Assembly: GCA_035519555.1 (NCBI GenBank)
Contig: DATIWG010000051.1
Location: forward strand, 130,520 to 194,519
Direction: 5' to 3'
From: Nitrosotalea sp.
GTDB lineage: Bacteria; Methylomirabilota; Methylomirabilia; Rokubacteriales; CSP1-6
Length of the DNA: 64,000 bases
Shown: positions 44,797 through 53,230 of the stretch, in pieces
Layout: each line of letters starts with the position of its first letter
Numbering within the stretch: the first letter of the stretch is position 1
The notes under the pieces: generated by a model
Database searches by the model: none
Told to the model about the DNA's origin: nothing
What the model saw: only the letters and a program-made list of their open reading frames with translations
Position numbers and translations under genes: made by a program

Positions 44797-45999
44797 TCAG
44801 GCTCGCGCGAACTCTTCCTTCGCCCTCTGCAGCTCGGCGGGCCGCGCCACTAGGTCCAGGGCGGTCATGGCCAGCGCCTTCGCGGCCGCCACCATGCCGG
44901 TCCGCGCGATCGGCGACTTGGCCCACTCCGCGAACTCCCGGGAGTGACCGGGCACGCCGTCGGGCGAGATGCGGATGTACGGATGGATGGTCGGCAGCGC
45001 CTGGCTCACGTTGCCGCAGTCGGTGGAGCCGTAACCCGCTTCGCCGTCGTCGGGATCCACCGGGAAGTCGATCCGCTCGAGGTTCTTGCCGAACAGCTCG
45101 GCCATCACGAGGTTGGCCTTGAGGGGGTCGTGGATGATCGCGTCGGCGGTCACCTTCGTGGTGCAGCCGGTGGCGGCGGCCGCGCCCTCCGCGCACGCCT
45201 CGAAGCGACGCAGCAGCTCGCGGCAGTAGTCCTTGGTGGGCGCACGCAGATAGAACTCGGCCGCGGTGTGCTCCGGGATGATGTTGGCCTGGTCGCCGCC
45301 CTTGGTGATGATGCCGTGCACGCGCGCGTCCGGCCGCAGCTGCTGCCGCATAGCGTCGAGCGAGACGAAGAGCTGGATCATCGCGTTGAGCGCGTTGACC
45401 CCCCGCCAGGGCCAGGACGAGGCGTGGGAGGCCCGCCCGAAGAACTCGCACTTGACCTTGATGATGCCGAGGCTGGGGCGCCAGACCTGGGTGCCGCAGC
45501 GACCGTGGATCATCATGGCCGCGTCCACTCCCTGGAACACCCCGGCTTCCATCAGCCGCACCTTGCCCGCGCCCCCCTCCTCGGCCGGCGTGCCGATCAC
45601 CTGGATGCGCCCCGGAAACGGCAGGCTTCCGAGTGCGGCGGCGATGGCGGCGCCCGCACCGGTGCCCGCGGTGGCGATGACGTTGTGGCCGCACGCGTGG
45701 CCGATGTTCGGCAGCGCGTCGTACTCGGCCATGATCGCGATGGTGGGGCCGGGGCCCTGACCCGCGATGGTGGCGCGGAAGGCGGTGGGCAGCCCGCCCA
45801 CTCCGCGCTCGACCGCGGCGCCCTGCTTCTCGAGGAAGTCGGTGAGCCACGCCGCCGCCTTGTGCTCCTCGAAGCACAGCTCCGGATTGGCGTGGATCTG
45901 GTGGCTGATCTTCTCGAGCTCGTCCGCGAGCCGGTCGACCGTCTCAGCGACGCGGATCTTTGCCTGCTCCAACGCGCTCGGGTTACCGTGGAGGGTCAT
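44797..45999 (-). CDS. M20-family amidohydrolase (copy 1 of a tandem pair)
   Basis: ATG at 45999. IHANPELCFEEHKAAAWL...AEYDALPNIGHACGHNVIA...GTPAEEGGAGK are M20D/amidohydrolase motifs. Confidence 0.9.
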   Translation of the reverse strand: MTLHGNPSALEQAKIRVAETVDRLADELEKISHQIHANPELCFEEHKAAAWLTDFLEKQGAAVERGVGGLPTAFRATIAGQGPGPTIAIMAEYDALPNIGHACGHNVIATAGTGAGAAIAAALGSLPFPGRIQVIGTPAEEGGAGKVRLMEAGVFQGVDAAMMIHGRCGTQVWRPSLGIIKVKCEFFGRASHASSWPWRGVNALNAMIQLFVSLDAMRQQLRPDARVHGIITKGGDQANIIPEHTAAEFYLRAPTKDYCRELLRRFEACAEGAAAATGCTTKVTADAIIHDPLKANLVMAELFGKNLERIDFPVDPDDGEAGYGSTDCGNVSQALPTIHPYIRISPDGVPGHSREFAEWAKSPIARTGMVAAAKALAMTALDLVARPAELQRAKEEFARA

Positions 46000-46037
46000 T
46001 CTTAGCGCTCCGTGGGGGAAGATATCGCGTTGCGGTA

Positions 46038-46129
46038 GGGCCTCTTCGCGCAAGCGCTCATCGGGGTGTCGGGGCGGACTCGCCATTCGCGGTCTCGGGC
46101 CTCTTCGCGCAAGCGCTCATCGGGGTGTC
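46038..46129. repeat. 59-bp tandem duplication spanning the 3' end of M20 copy 2 and the intergenic spacer
   Basis: GGGCCTCTTCGCGCAAGCGCTCATCGGGGTGTC occurs at 46038-46070 and identically at 46097-46129. The next ~26 nt of each unit (46071-46096; 46130-46155) are a diverged copy of each other. Confidence 0.85.
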
Positions 46130-47301
46130 CGGGCAAACTCGTCCTTGGCGGCCTTGACGCGGATGGGCTCGGCGAGGAGATCATAAGTGGTGAGGGCCAT
46201 GGTCTTGGCGGCGGCCACCATGCCCGCGCGGGCGAGCGGTTTCACCGCCGCGTCGGCGAACTCGCGCGTGTGAATCGCCATGCCGGTGGGGGCGATGGCC
46301 ACCATCGGCTGGATGGCCGGGATGATCTGACTCACGTTGCCGATGTCGGACGACCCGAGGCGGTCCGGGATGGCCTGGCCCTCGGCGAGGCCGGCCGTCT
46401 TCATGTTGGCCGCGAAGAGGTCCAGCATCACCCGGCTCGACTTCATCGGCTCGTAGACGCTGTCGTGCTGGGTGACCTTCAGGGTGCACCCGGTGGCTTT
46501 CGCCGCCCCCTCCGCGGCCGCGGTCACCCGCTTGAACAGATCCCACATCGTGTCGATCCGCGGCGCGCGCACGTAGAAGATCGCGGAGGCGTACTCCGGG
46601 ATGATGTTGGCCGCCGCACCACCGTTGGTGATGATGCCGTGAATGCGGCAGTCCGGGCGCACCTGCTGCCGTAGCATGCTGACCGCGTTGTACATCCCGA
46701 TGACGGCGTCGAGGGCGTTGACGCCCTCCCACGGGTCGGCGGAGGCGTGCGAGGCCTTGCCGGTGAACTCGAAGGTTCCTCGGACGATACCGAGCAGATC
46801 CTGGTGGAGCAGCGTGCGGTCGAAGCCGTGGATCATCATCGCGCAGTCGACGTCCTTGAAGACACCGCTCTTGATCAGCTTCACCTTCCCGCCGCCGCCC
46901 TCCTCGGCGGGGGTGCCGATCACCTGGATACGACCCTTGGGGAGCTGCGCCCGGACCGCAGCCAGGGCCGCGCCCGCGCCGGCCCCGGAGGTCGCGATCA
47001 CGTTGTGGCCGCACGCGTGACCGATGCCGGGCAGTGCGTCGTACTCGCAGAGGATGGCGATGGTGGGGCCCTCGCCCGTCTCGATGGTGCCGCGGAACGC
47101 GGTGTCCACGCCGCCCACGCCCTTCTCGATCTTGAAGCCCTGTCTGGCCAGGAAGTCGCTGAGCCAGCCACAGGCCTGCACTTCCTGGTAGGCGAGCTCC
47201 GGGTGGTCGTGGATCTGGCGGGACAGGGCCTCGAGCTCGTCGGCCAAACGGTCGACGGCCTGCGCGATGGAATCCTTGAGGGTGCTCATGACAACCTCCA
47301 C
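46117..47301 (-). CDS. M20-family amidohydrolase (copy 2 of a tandem pair)
   Basis: IHDHPELAYQEVQACGWL...CEYDALPGIGHACGHNVIA...GTPAEEGGGGK. It is collinear with copy 1 along its whole length. Confidence 0.9.
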   Translation of the reverse strand: MEVVMSTLKDSIAQAVDRLADELEALSRQIHDHPELAYQEVQACGWLSDFLARQGFKIEKGVGGVDTAFRGTIETGEGPTIAILCEYDALPGIGHACGHNVIATSGAGAGAALAAVRAQLPKGRIQVIGTPAEEGGGGKVKLIKSGVFKDVDCAMMIHGFDRTLLHQDLLGIVRGTFEFTGKASHASADPWEGVNALDAVIGMYNAVSMLRQQVRPDCRIHGIITNGGAAANIIPEYASAIFYVRAPRIDTMWDLFKRVTAAAEGAAKATGCTLKVTQHDSVYEPMKSSRVMLDLFAANMKTAGLAEGQAIPDRLGSSDIGNVSQIIPAIQPMVAIAPTGMAIHTREFADAAVKPLARAGMVAAAKTMALTTYDLLAEPIRVKAAKDEFARTPR

Positions 47302-47356
47302 GATGGGGTCGAACGCTTCGGCCGGGAGAGTACCACGTCCCGGACGACCCGGGGAA

Positions 47357-47569
47357 TCAGGGGGACTGGGCGCAGAAGAGGAAGAAGAGCGGTCGCGACG
47401 GGTCGGGCGAGCCGCCGCGGCCGGGCTCGTTCACGCAGCGAAGGCTCGGCGATGAATCGGAGCGGGACGGCGAGTTCGCGGTGGCGCAGGCAGCCAGGGC
47501 GACCGCGGCGCCGAGCATCAACAGGGCGCGACCCAGACGAGAGGAGTGCACGACCATGAAGGGTACCAC
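47357..47569 (-). CDS. Small putative lipoprotein
   Basis: 70 aa with a LGAAVALAAC lipobox after a basic N-terminus. It is short, low-complexity and has no recognisable family, so the call is weak. Confidence 0.4.
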   Translation of the reverse strand: MVPFMVVHSSRLGRALLMLGAAVALAACATANSPSRSDSSPSLRCVNEPGRGGSPDPSRPLFFLFCAQSP

Positions 47570-47616
47570 GACGACTGCGGACGGCGGGACGGGAGCGAAA
47601 CGGTGAGGCGAGTGGA

Positions 47617-48942
47617 CTAGACGGAGGGAGCCAGGGCGGCGTCCGCCGCCGGAATGCCGACCGGCAGCTCCATCACGAAGACCGCGCCGCCGCCCGGCCG
47701 GTTCTCAGCCCAGAGGCGGCCCTCGTGTTCGGCGATCACGCTGTGGGCGACCGACAGGCCGAGGCCCCGACCCTCGCCAGGCCCCTTGGTGGTGAAGAAA
47801 GGGTTGAACACGCGCGCGAGGTCGTCGGGCGGCACGCCGGGCCCGTCGTCGGCGACCTCGATCCGAACTCCGTCCTGACCCGGCCGCACCCGGATCGTGA
47901 GGGTGCCACCGCCGCGGGCCGCGGACATGGCCTGCTCCGCGTTCTGCACCAGGTGGAAGAGGGCCTCCTGCAGCTGATTGCTGTCCGCCCAGATCTCGGG
48001 CACTTCCTGGAAGTCGGTCTGCACCGTGATGCGCGCACCCTCGAGCCGCGACTGGTGGAGGGCGAGCACTTTGTAGATCTGATCGCTCACCTTGCAGCGC
48101 GCCCGGCGCAGGGGCGACCGCTCCGCGAAGAGAACGAGCTCGCGCACGATGTTGGCGGCGCGCTTCGTGGCGCCGTCGATGACCTTGAGTCCGTTCAGGA
48201 CCGACTCGTGATCCTGTGACTGGAGCAGGAGGTGGACCTGGCCCAGGATGATCATGAGCGGGTTGTTGATCTCGTGCGCGACCCCGCCCGCGAGCTCGCC
48301 CACCGCGGCCAGCCGCTCCGCTCGGACCACGTCGGTGTGCGAGCGCCGCAGCTCCTCGAGCTGCAGGCGAGTCTCCGAGTAGAGGCGGGCGTTGTCGAGG
48401 GCCAGTCCGATCTGGTCGGCGGTGGACTCCAGCAGCGCGATCTCTTCCCCGCTGAAGCGCTCCTCGGTCTGGCGGCCCAGCGAGAGCGTGCCCAGGATGC
48501 GATGGCGGGCGCGGATCGGCACGCACAGGAAGCCGCGTATGCCGTCGGCGGCCACCGCGGCGCGCGCGGCGGGCAGGAGATCCGGCGCGCGGCCGGCTTC
48601 GTCCACGCGGCGCACGCGTCCGGAAGCGGCCACCCGGCCGATGAGACCCTGGCCGATCGGCAGCACCTCGTTGACCTCGCGCAGCCGGGCCGAGAGACCC
48701 CTCTCGCCCCGCAGCAGCAGCATCTTGCCGTCCGATGACACGAGGTGGAGGCTCGCGATCTCGTGGCCGGTGACGTGGGTGAGCGCGCTCAGCGACTTCT
48801 GGATGACCTCGGTGAGATCGAGCGAGCGGCTCACCGCCTCGGTCACCGTGCGAAGGATCTGCAGGTGACGGATCAGAGACGTCGTACCGCCCACTCCACG
48901 ATGGTTGACTCGCGCCATTGTCAGCCTGTGCTCGCTTCCCAT
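47617..48942 (-). CDS. Cytoplasmic GAF-domain sensor histidine kinase (GAF-HisKA-HATPase_c), orphan
   Basis: The GAF region includes IGQGLIGRVAASG. The H-box is VAHEINNPL. The N-box is LVQNAEQAM, G1 is DDGPGV and G2 is GEGRGLGLSV. There are no TM segments and no adjacent response regulator. Confidence 0.9.
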   Translation of the reverse strand: MGSEHRLTMARVNHRGVGGTTSLIRHLQILRTVTEAVSRSLDLTEVIQKSLSALTHVTGHEIASLHLVSSDGKMLLLRGERGLSARLREVNEVLPIGQGLIGRVAASGRVRRVDEAGRAPDLLPAARAAVAADGIRGFLCVPIRARHRILGTLSLGRQTEERFSGEEIALLESTADQIGLALDNARLYSETRLQLEELRRSHTDVVRAERLAAVGELAGGVAHEINNPLMIILGQVHLLLQSQDHESVLNGLKVIDGATKRAANIVRELVLFAERSPLRRARCKVSDQIYKVLALHQSRLEGARITVQTDFQEVPEIWADSNQLQEALFHLVQNAEQAMSAARGGGTLTIRVRPGQDGVRIEVADDGPGVPPDDLARVFNPFFTTKGPGEGRGLGLSVAHSVIAEHEGRLWAENRPGGGAVFVMELPVGIPAADAALAPSV

Positions 48943-48978
48943 TGCATTGGTACCTCGCCAGACGTTCTCTGCGTACCA

Positions 48979-48995
48979 AGCAAGCGAAGTGCCAC
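48979..48995 (-). promoter_or_regulatory. Sigma-54 (-24/-12) promoter: TGGCAC-TTCGC-TTGCT on the minus strand
   Basis: The reverse complement of 48994-48980 reads TGGCACTTCGCTTGC followed by T. This matches the TGGCAC-N5-TTGCW consensus at every fixed position and lies 37 nt upstream of the kinase ATG at 48942. Confidence 0.6.
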
Positions 48996-49087
48996 TGGTA
49001 GTGAGTAAATAATATCATGTTTTACAAATAGTTAGATTGTTCTCGGACAATGCCGCAGAATGGTACCGGTGCTGCCCCGACACACTG

Positions 49088-50212
49088 TCAAGTCAAACCA
49101 TGGCGAAACTGCCGGGCGTGGCCGATCCGGCGACCGATCGACGGGTGGGAGTAGAAGAAAAACTCCTCGAGGGGGTGTGGATTGCGCTCGGCGAGATTCA
49201 GCCTGGCCAGACGCTCCATGGCCCCGATGAAGGGGCCGGGGTCCTGGATGGCGTCGAGCGCAAATCGGTCTGCTTCCCATTCCACGTGGCGCGACCAGGC
49301 GTTGGCCGCCGGCAGGGCCACCAGGCTCACGAGCAGCAGGACGAGGCCGAAGAAGGGGAGCCCGCCGAGGTCGGCGGGCCCGTCCAGGCCCAGCAACCGT
49401 GAGCCTAGATGGAGCGCGTGGTCGGCCATCCAGAACGTGGCCAGCGTCAGCGCGCCCTGCACGGCCAGGCCGCGGCGGATGTCTCGGTGAAGCTGATGGG
49501 CCAGCTCGTGAGCCAGCACCGCCTCGATCTCGTCTTGCGTGAACTCGCTCAGCAGCGTGTCGAAGAGAAGGATCCGCCGGTTCCGGCCGAGTCCGGTGAC
49601 CGCGGCATTGGCGGTGCGGCTCTTCCGAGACTGATCCACCACCCAGATCCCGCTCACCGGCACGCCGACACGGTCGGCCAGCGCCAGGAGCCGCGTCTCG
49701 AGCGGACTCGCCGGGAGCCGGGTGAGCCGGTAGAACAGCGGGACCAGCCAGACGGGCGTGACGAGGGCGAGCAGCGCGTAGCCGCCAAGGAAGACGACGG
49801 CGCCCCAGAGCCACCACCAGGGCGTGAGCCGCATCAGGCCGTACACGATCTCCACGGCCAACAGACCGAGGACACCACCGAGCAGGCCGGCCTTGACCAC
49901 GTCGAGCAGCCAGCGGCCGAACGACTGATGGAGCAGGCCGTAGTGGCGGGGGAGCCAGTAGCGGCCGAGCCAGGTCACCGGCAACGTGATGAGTCGGTAG
50001 CCGCCCGCTAGCACCAGCAGCTCGAGAGCGAGCTGCTGCCACCATCGCGATGTCCACTGTGCGAGCCAATCGGCTAGGATCACGCCGGCGCGGGTCTGGA
50101 CGAGGACCAGCAGGTAGGCGGCCGAGAGGGCCAGATCGACCAGCGACAGCGCGAGCTGGCGCCGGTGATAGGCGCGCGCGTGGGCCTCGTCGGACGCCGG
50201 CGACGCTTCCAT
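49088..50212 (-). CDS. M48-family zinc metalloprotease (Ste24/HtpX-like), polytopic membrane protein
   Basis: The HEXXH motif is in AVLAHELAHQLH. Downstream is EWEADRFA, with several N-terminal TM segments. I prefer the ATG at 50212 over the track start at 50281. Confidence 0.85.
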   Translation of the reverse strand: MEASPASDEAHARAYHRRQLALSLVDLALSAAYLLVLVQTRAGVILADWLAQWTSRWWQQLALELLVLAGGYRLITLPVTWLGRYWLPRHYGLLHQSFGRWLLDVVKAGLLGGVLGLLAVEIVYGLMRLTPWWWLWGAVVFLGGYALLALVTPVWLVPLFYRLTRLPASPLETRLLALADRVGVPVSGIWVVDQSRKSRTANAAVTGLGRNRRILLFDTLLSEFTQDEIEAVLAHELAHQLHRDIRRGLAVQGALTLATFWMADHALHLGSRLLGLDGPADLGGLPFFGLVLLLVSLVALPAANAWSRHVEWEADRFALDAIQDPGPFIGAMERLARLNLAERNPHPLEEFFFYSHPSIGRRIGHARQFRHGLT

Positions 50213-50263
50213 GAACAGAGTGTCCCACCGTCCCGGAGGGCCGCCAACCACCCGCGCCGTTTG

Positions 50264-50272
50264 TGCTACACT
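50264..50272 (+). promoter_or_regulatory. Candidate extended -10 promoter element (TGcTACACT) for the MoxR operon
   Basis: TGCTACACT lies 30 nt upstream of the ATG at 50302, followed by a GGGAG Shine-Dalgarno sequence. Confidence 0.3.
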
Positions 50273-50301
50273 GACCGCCAATTCACACTCAGGGAGCCGC
50301 C

Positions 50302-51216
50302 ATGTTTCAGTCCGTGGAGGACGTCCAGCAGCAGTTCAAGAACGCCCGCTATATCGCCAACCGCCGTATCTCCACCGTCGTGTTCCTCGCCGCGCGAATG
50401 GGTCGACCCGTGCTCATCGAAGGCCCGGCCGGCGTGGGCAAGACGGAGCTGGCCAAGACGCTCGCCGAGGTGACGGCGCGGCATCTGATCCGGCTGCAGT
50501 GCTACGAGGGCCTCGACGAGGGCAAGGCGCTCTACGAGTGGAAGTACGCCAAGCAGCTGCTCTACACGCAGCTGCTCCGGGAGCGGATCGGCGAGTTGAT
50601 CGCCGACGCGCCCTCGCTACCGGACGCGGTCGCGCGCATCTCCGGCCAGGACGACGCCTTCTTCTCCCACCGCTTCCTGGCCCCCCGGCCGCTGCTCCAG
50701 GCGATCGAGTCCCCGGATCCGGTGGTGCTGCTGGTCGACGAGATCGACAAGGCGGAGCCCGAGTTCGAGGCGTTCCTCCTCGAGGTCCTGTCCGACTTCC
50801 AGGTGTCGGTGCCGGAGCTGGGCACCATCCGGGCCACCCAGATCCCACTCGTGGTGCTCACGTCCAACAACGCGCGCGAGCTGTCCGATGGTCTCAAGCG
50901 TCGGTGTTTGCACCTCTTCATCGATTTCCCGCCGGCCGATGAAGAACTGGCGATCATTCGCCTGAAGGTGCCGGAGGTGTCCGAGCGCCTGGCCCAGACG
51001 GTGGTGACCGCGGTGCAGCGGATCCGCGGCCTCGAGCTGCGCAAGGCCCCTTCGATCTCCGAGAGCCTCGACTGGGCGCGCTCGCTGGTCATCCTCAACG
51101 CGGAGACGCTCGACCGCGAGCTGGTGGAGTCCACGCTCACCATGCTCGTGAAGCACGAGAAGGATCTGGACCGGGTCAAGGGCGCCCTCGACAAGGTGCT
51201 GGCCGACCTGGGCTAG
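50302..51216 (+). CDS. MoxR-family AAA+ ATPase (CoxD-like)
   Basis: Walker A is GPAGVGKT and Walker B is VLLVDEIDKA. LQCYEGLDEGKALYEWKY is characteristic of the CoxD-like MoxR subgroup. Confidence 0.9.
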   Translation: MFQSVEDVQQQFKNARYIANRRISTVVFLAARMGRPVLIEGPAGVGKTELAKTLAEVTARHLIRLQCYEGLDEGKALYEWKYAKQLLYTQLLRERIGELIADAPSLPDAVARISGQDDAFFSHRFLAPRPLLQAIESPDPVVLLVDEIDKAEPEFEAFLLEVLSDFQVSVPELGTIRATQIPLVVLTSNNARELSDGLKRRCLHLFIDFPPADEELAIIRLKVPEVSERLAQTVVTAVQRIRGLELRKAPSISESLDWARSLVILNAETLDRELVESTLTMLVKHEKDLDRVKGALDKVLADLG

Positions 51217-51221
51217 AGCCC

Positions 51222-51782
51222 ATGAGCGGGAGCTGGTCGACCCTCACCGAGTTCCGGGAGCTGTGGTTCCCGAGCCCGCGGATCCGGCTGCCCGAGCTGG
51301 GTGCGTCGGGCCCGGTCTTCATCGAGGGCGGCCGGTGCATCTCGGGAGCGCTCGGCGAGTACAGCAAGCTCTGGATCTTCGCGATGGGCCGCTGGCACTT
51401 CTACTACGTCCATCCCACCCCGCGCGATTTCTATCGCGTGACGATGCCGGAGGCGATGCCGCATCTGCTCCATCCCGGGGAAATGACGGTCGAGACGTTC
51501 CGGCAGGGCCTCTCCTACAAGGTCGTGCTGGGGCTGCGCTGCGCGGAAGGCCCGGTCCGGGTCCTGCACCTGGTGGGCGACGTGGCCGACGTCACGCGGG
51601 CGCAGGAGCGTGACGAGGAGGCGCCCGCCGGGCCCCTCGGGTGGAAGCTCAAGATGACGCACCTGATCGCCCAGGGCTCGTTCCACGGTCTCATCCGCCT
51701 CGAGGATGGGCGCCTGCATCCGATCAGTCGCGACGGCGGCGAGGACGTCTTCAAGTCCTCCTGGGTCACATTCTCCCGATGA
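51222..51782 (+). CDS. Hypothetical protein, no family recognised
   Basis: 186 aa, starting 5 nt after the moxR stop. GC3-rich codon usage resembles that of its neighbours. It has no TM segment, no signal peptide and no motif I can name. Confidence 0.6.
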   Translation: MSGSWSTLTEFRELWFPSPRIRLPELGASGPVFIEGGRCISGALGEYSKLWIFAMGRWHFYYVHPTPRDFYRVTMPEAMPHLLHPGEMTVETFRQGLSYKVVLGLRCAEGPVRVLHLVGDVADVTRAQERDEEAPAGPLGWKLKMTHLIAQGSFHGLIRLEDGRLHPISRDGGEDVFKSSWVTFSR

Positions 51783-51820
51783 CACCCGGCCACGCGAGTC
51801 GCAGCGTTCAGGCGAGCTAG

Positions 51821-53230
51821 ATGGACCAGAGAATCCTGGAGTTCATCGGCGATCTGCGGCGGGCCGAGATGCGCATCTCCCCGAGCGAGGCGCTGGACGC
51901 GCTCACCGCCTCCACCGAGATCGGGCTGGAGGACCGTGAGACGTTCAAGAGCGCCCTGGCCACCACCCTGGTCAAGGAGTCGCGAGACCTGGTGACCTTC
52001 AATCGCATCTTCGATCTGTACTTCCTCGATCTGCAGGCGCTCGGCGAGGGCCTCAAGAAGGCGCTGGGGCCCGAGGATCCCAAGATCCAGGAGATGCTCG
52101 ACCGGCTCACGTCCGAGGCCGGGATGGAGCTCGACGACCTCACCGAGCTGATGCTGAGCGGGCAGGGCAGCGACATGGAGATGGCCATTCGCCAGGAGGG
52201 CCAGGGCACCGGCCTCGAGCGGCTGATGTACTTCCTGCAGGTCGGCTACTTCTCCCGCCGCATCTACGACAAGTTCGACTGGGAGGCTATCGAGCGGGAT
52301 CTGAGCCGGATCATGCAACTGCTCGAGGCCAAGGGGCTCGATCCGGGCATGCTCGCGCGCATCCGGAACTATCTCGATCTGCGCCTCGAGGCGTTCCGGC
52401 GCATGATCCGCCAGCACGTGGAGCGCGAGCTGGAGCGTCGAGCCTTCCGCCAGGGGGAGAAGCTGACCCGCGAGGTGCTGACGGACAAGCCGCTCTTCGC
52501 GCTCTCCGCCGACGAGGTCGCCCAGATGAAGGCGGTGGTCGCGCGCCTGGCCCGCAAGATCAAGGACGCCCTCGCCCTCCGCCAGCGCCAGGAGGAGAAG
52601 GGGCGGCTCGACTCGCGCCGCACGATCCGCCAGAGCCTGCAGTACGGGGGCGTGCCGATGGAGGTGCGCTTCCGCCGGCGCCACCGCGAGAAGCCCAAGC
52701 TGATCACCCTCTGCGACGTGTCGGACTCGGTGCGCAACGCCTCGCGCTTCATGCTGCAGCTGGTGTGGAGCCTGCAGGAGTGCTTCTCGCGCGTCCGCTC
52801 GTATGTCTTCGTGTCCGAGATCGCGGAGGTCACCCAGGCCTTCAACACCTATCCGGTTGACACCGCGATCGACTGGGCGCTGAAGGCCTCCTCGGTCGAC
52901 TATCACTGCCGCTCCGACTTCGGCTACGCGTTCAGCCGCTTCGTCCGCACCGAGCTCGAGACGCTGGACCGCAAGACCACCGTGCTCATCCTGGGTGACG
53001 CCCGCAACAACTACAACGACCCGCAGGCGTGGGCCATCCGGCAGATCCGGGAGCGCGTCAAGGGGGTCATCTGGCTCAATCCGGAGGGACAGTGGGGCTG
53101 GGGCATCGGGGACAGCGTGATGCCGCTCTATACGCCCTCGTGCGACATCGTGAAGGAGTGCCGCACGGTGGGGCAGCTCGTCCAGGTCGTCGACCAGTTG
53201 GTCCATTCGTGGTGGCGCCGCGGCCGCTGA
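51821..53230 (+). CDS. VWA-domain protein, CoxE-like
   Basis: 469 aa. The N-terminal helical region is ILEFIGDLRRAEMRISPSEALDAL. The C-terminal VWA domain has the MIDAS-like CDVSDSV, plus VLILGDARNN and IWLNPE. Confidence 0.85.
   Translation: MDQRILEFIGDLRRAEMRISPSEALDALTASTEIGLEDRETFKSALATTLVKESRDLVTFNRIFDLYFLDLQALGEGLKKALGPEDPKIQEMLDRLTSEAGMELDDLTELMLSGQGSDMEMAIRQEGQGTGLERLMYFLQVGYFSRRIYDKFDWEAIERDLSRIMQLLEAKGLDPGMLARIRNYLDLRLEAFRRMIRQHVERELERRAFRQGEKLTREVLTDKPLFALSADEVAQMKAVVARLARKIKDALALRQRQEEKGRLDSRRTIRQSLQYGGVPMEVRFRRRHREKPKLITLCDVSDSVRNASRFMLQLVWSLQECFSRVRSYVFVSEIAEVTQAFNTYPVDTAIDWALKASSVDYHCRSDFGYAFSRFVRTELETLDRKTTVLILGDARNNYNDPQAWAIRQIRERVKGVIWLNPEGQWGWGIGDSVMPLYTPSCDIVKECRTVGQLVQVVDQLVHSWWRRGR

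Noticed and set aside
46002-46184. 60-aa ORF and the N-terminal extension of ORF 44797..46086, both containing HPDERLREEA
   Set aside because: The shared peptide is a translation of the 59-bp tandem DNA duplication. The M20 copy 1 start at 45999 has its own GGAG site and aligns with the N-terminus of copy 2.
51515-53206. 563-aa minus-strand ORF
   Set aside because: It is antisense to the CoxE-like VWA gene, whose MIDAS-type and helical motifs are on the plus strand.
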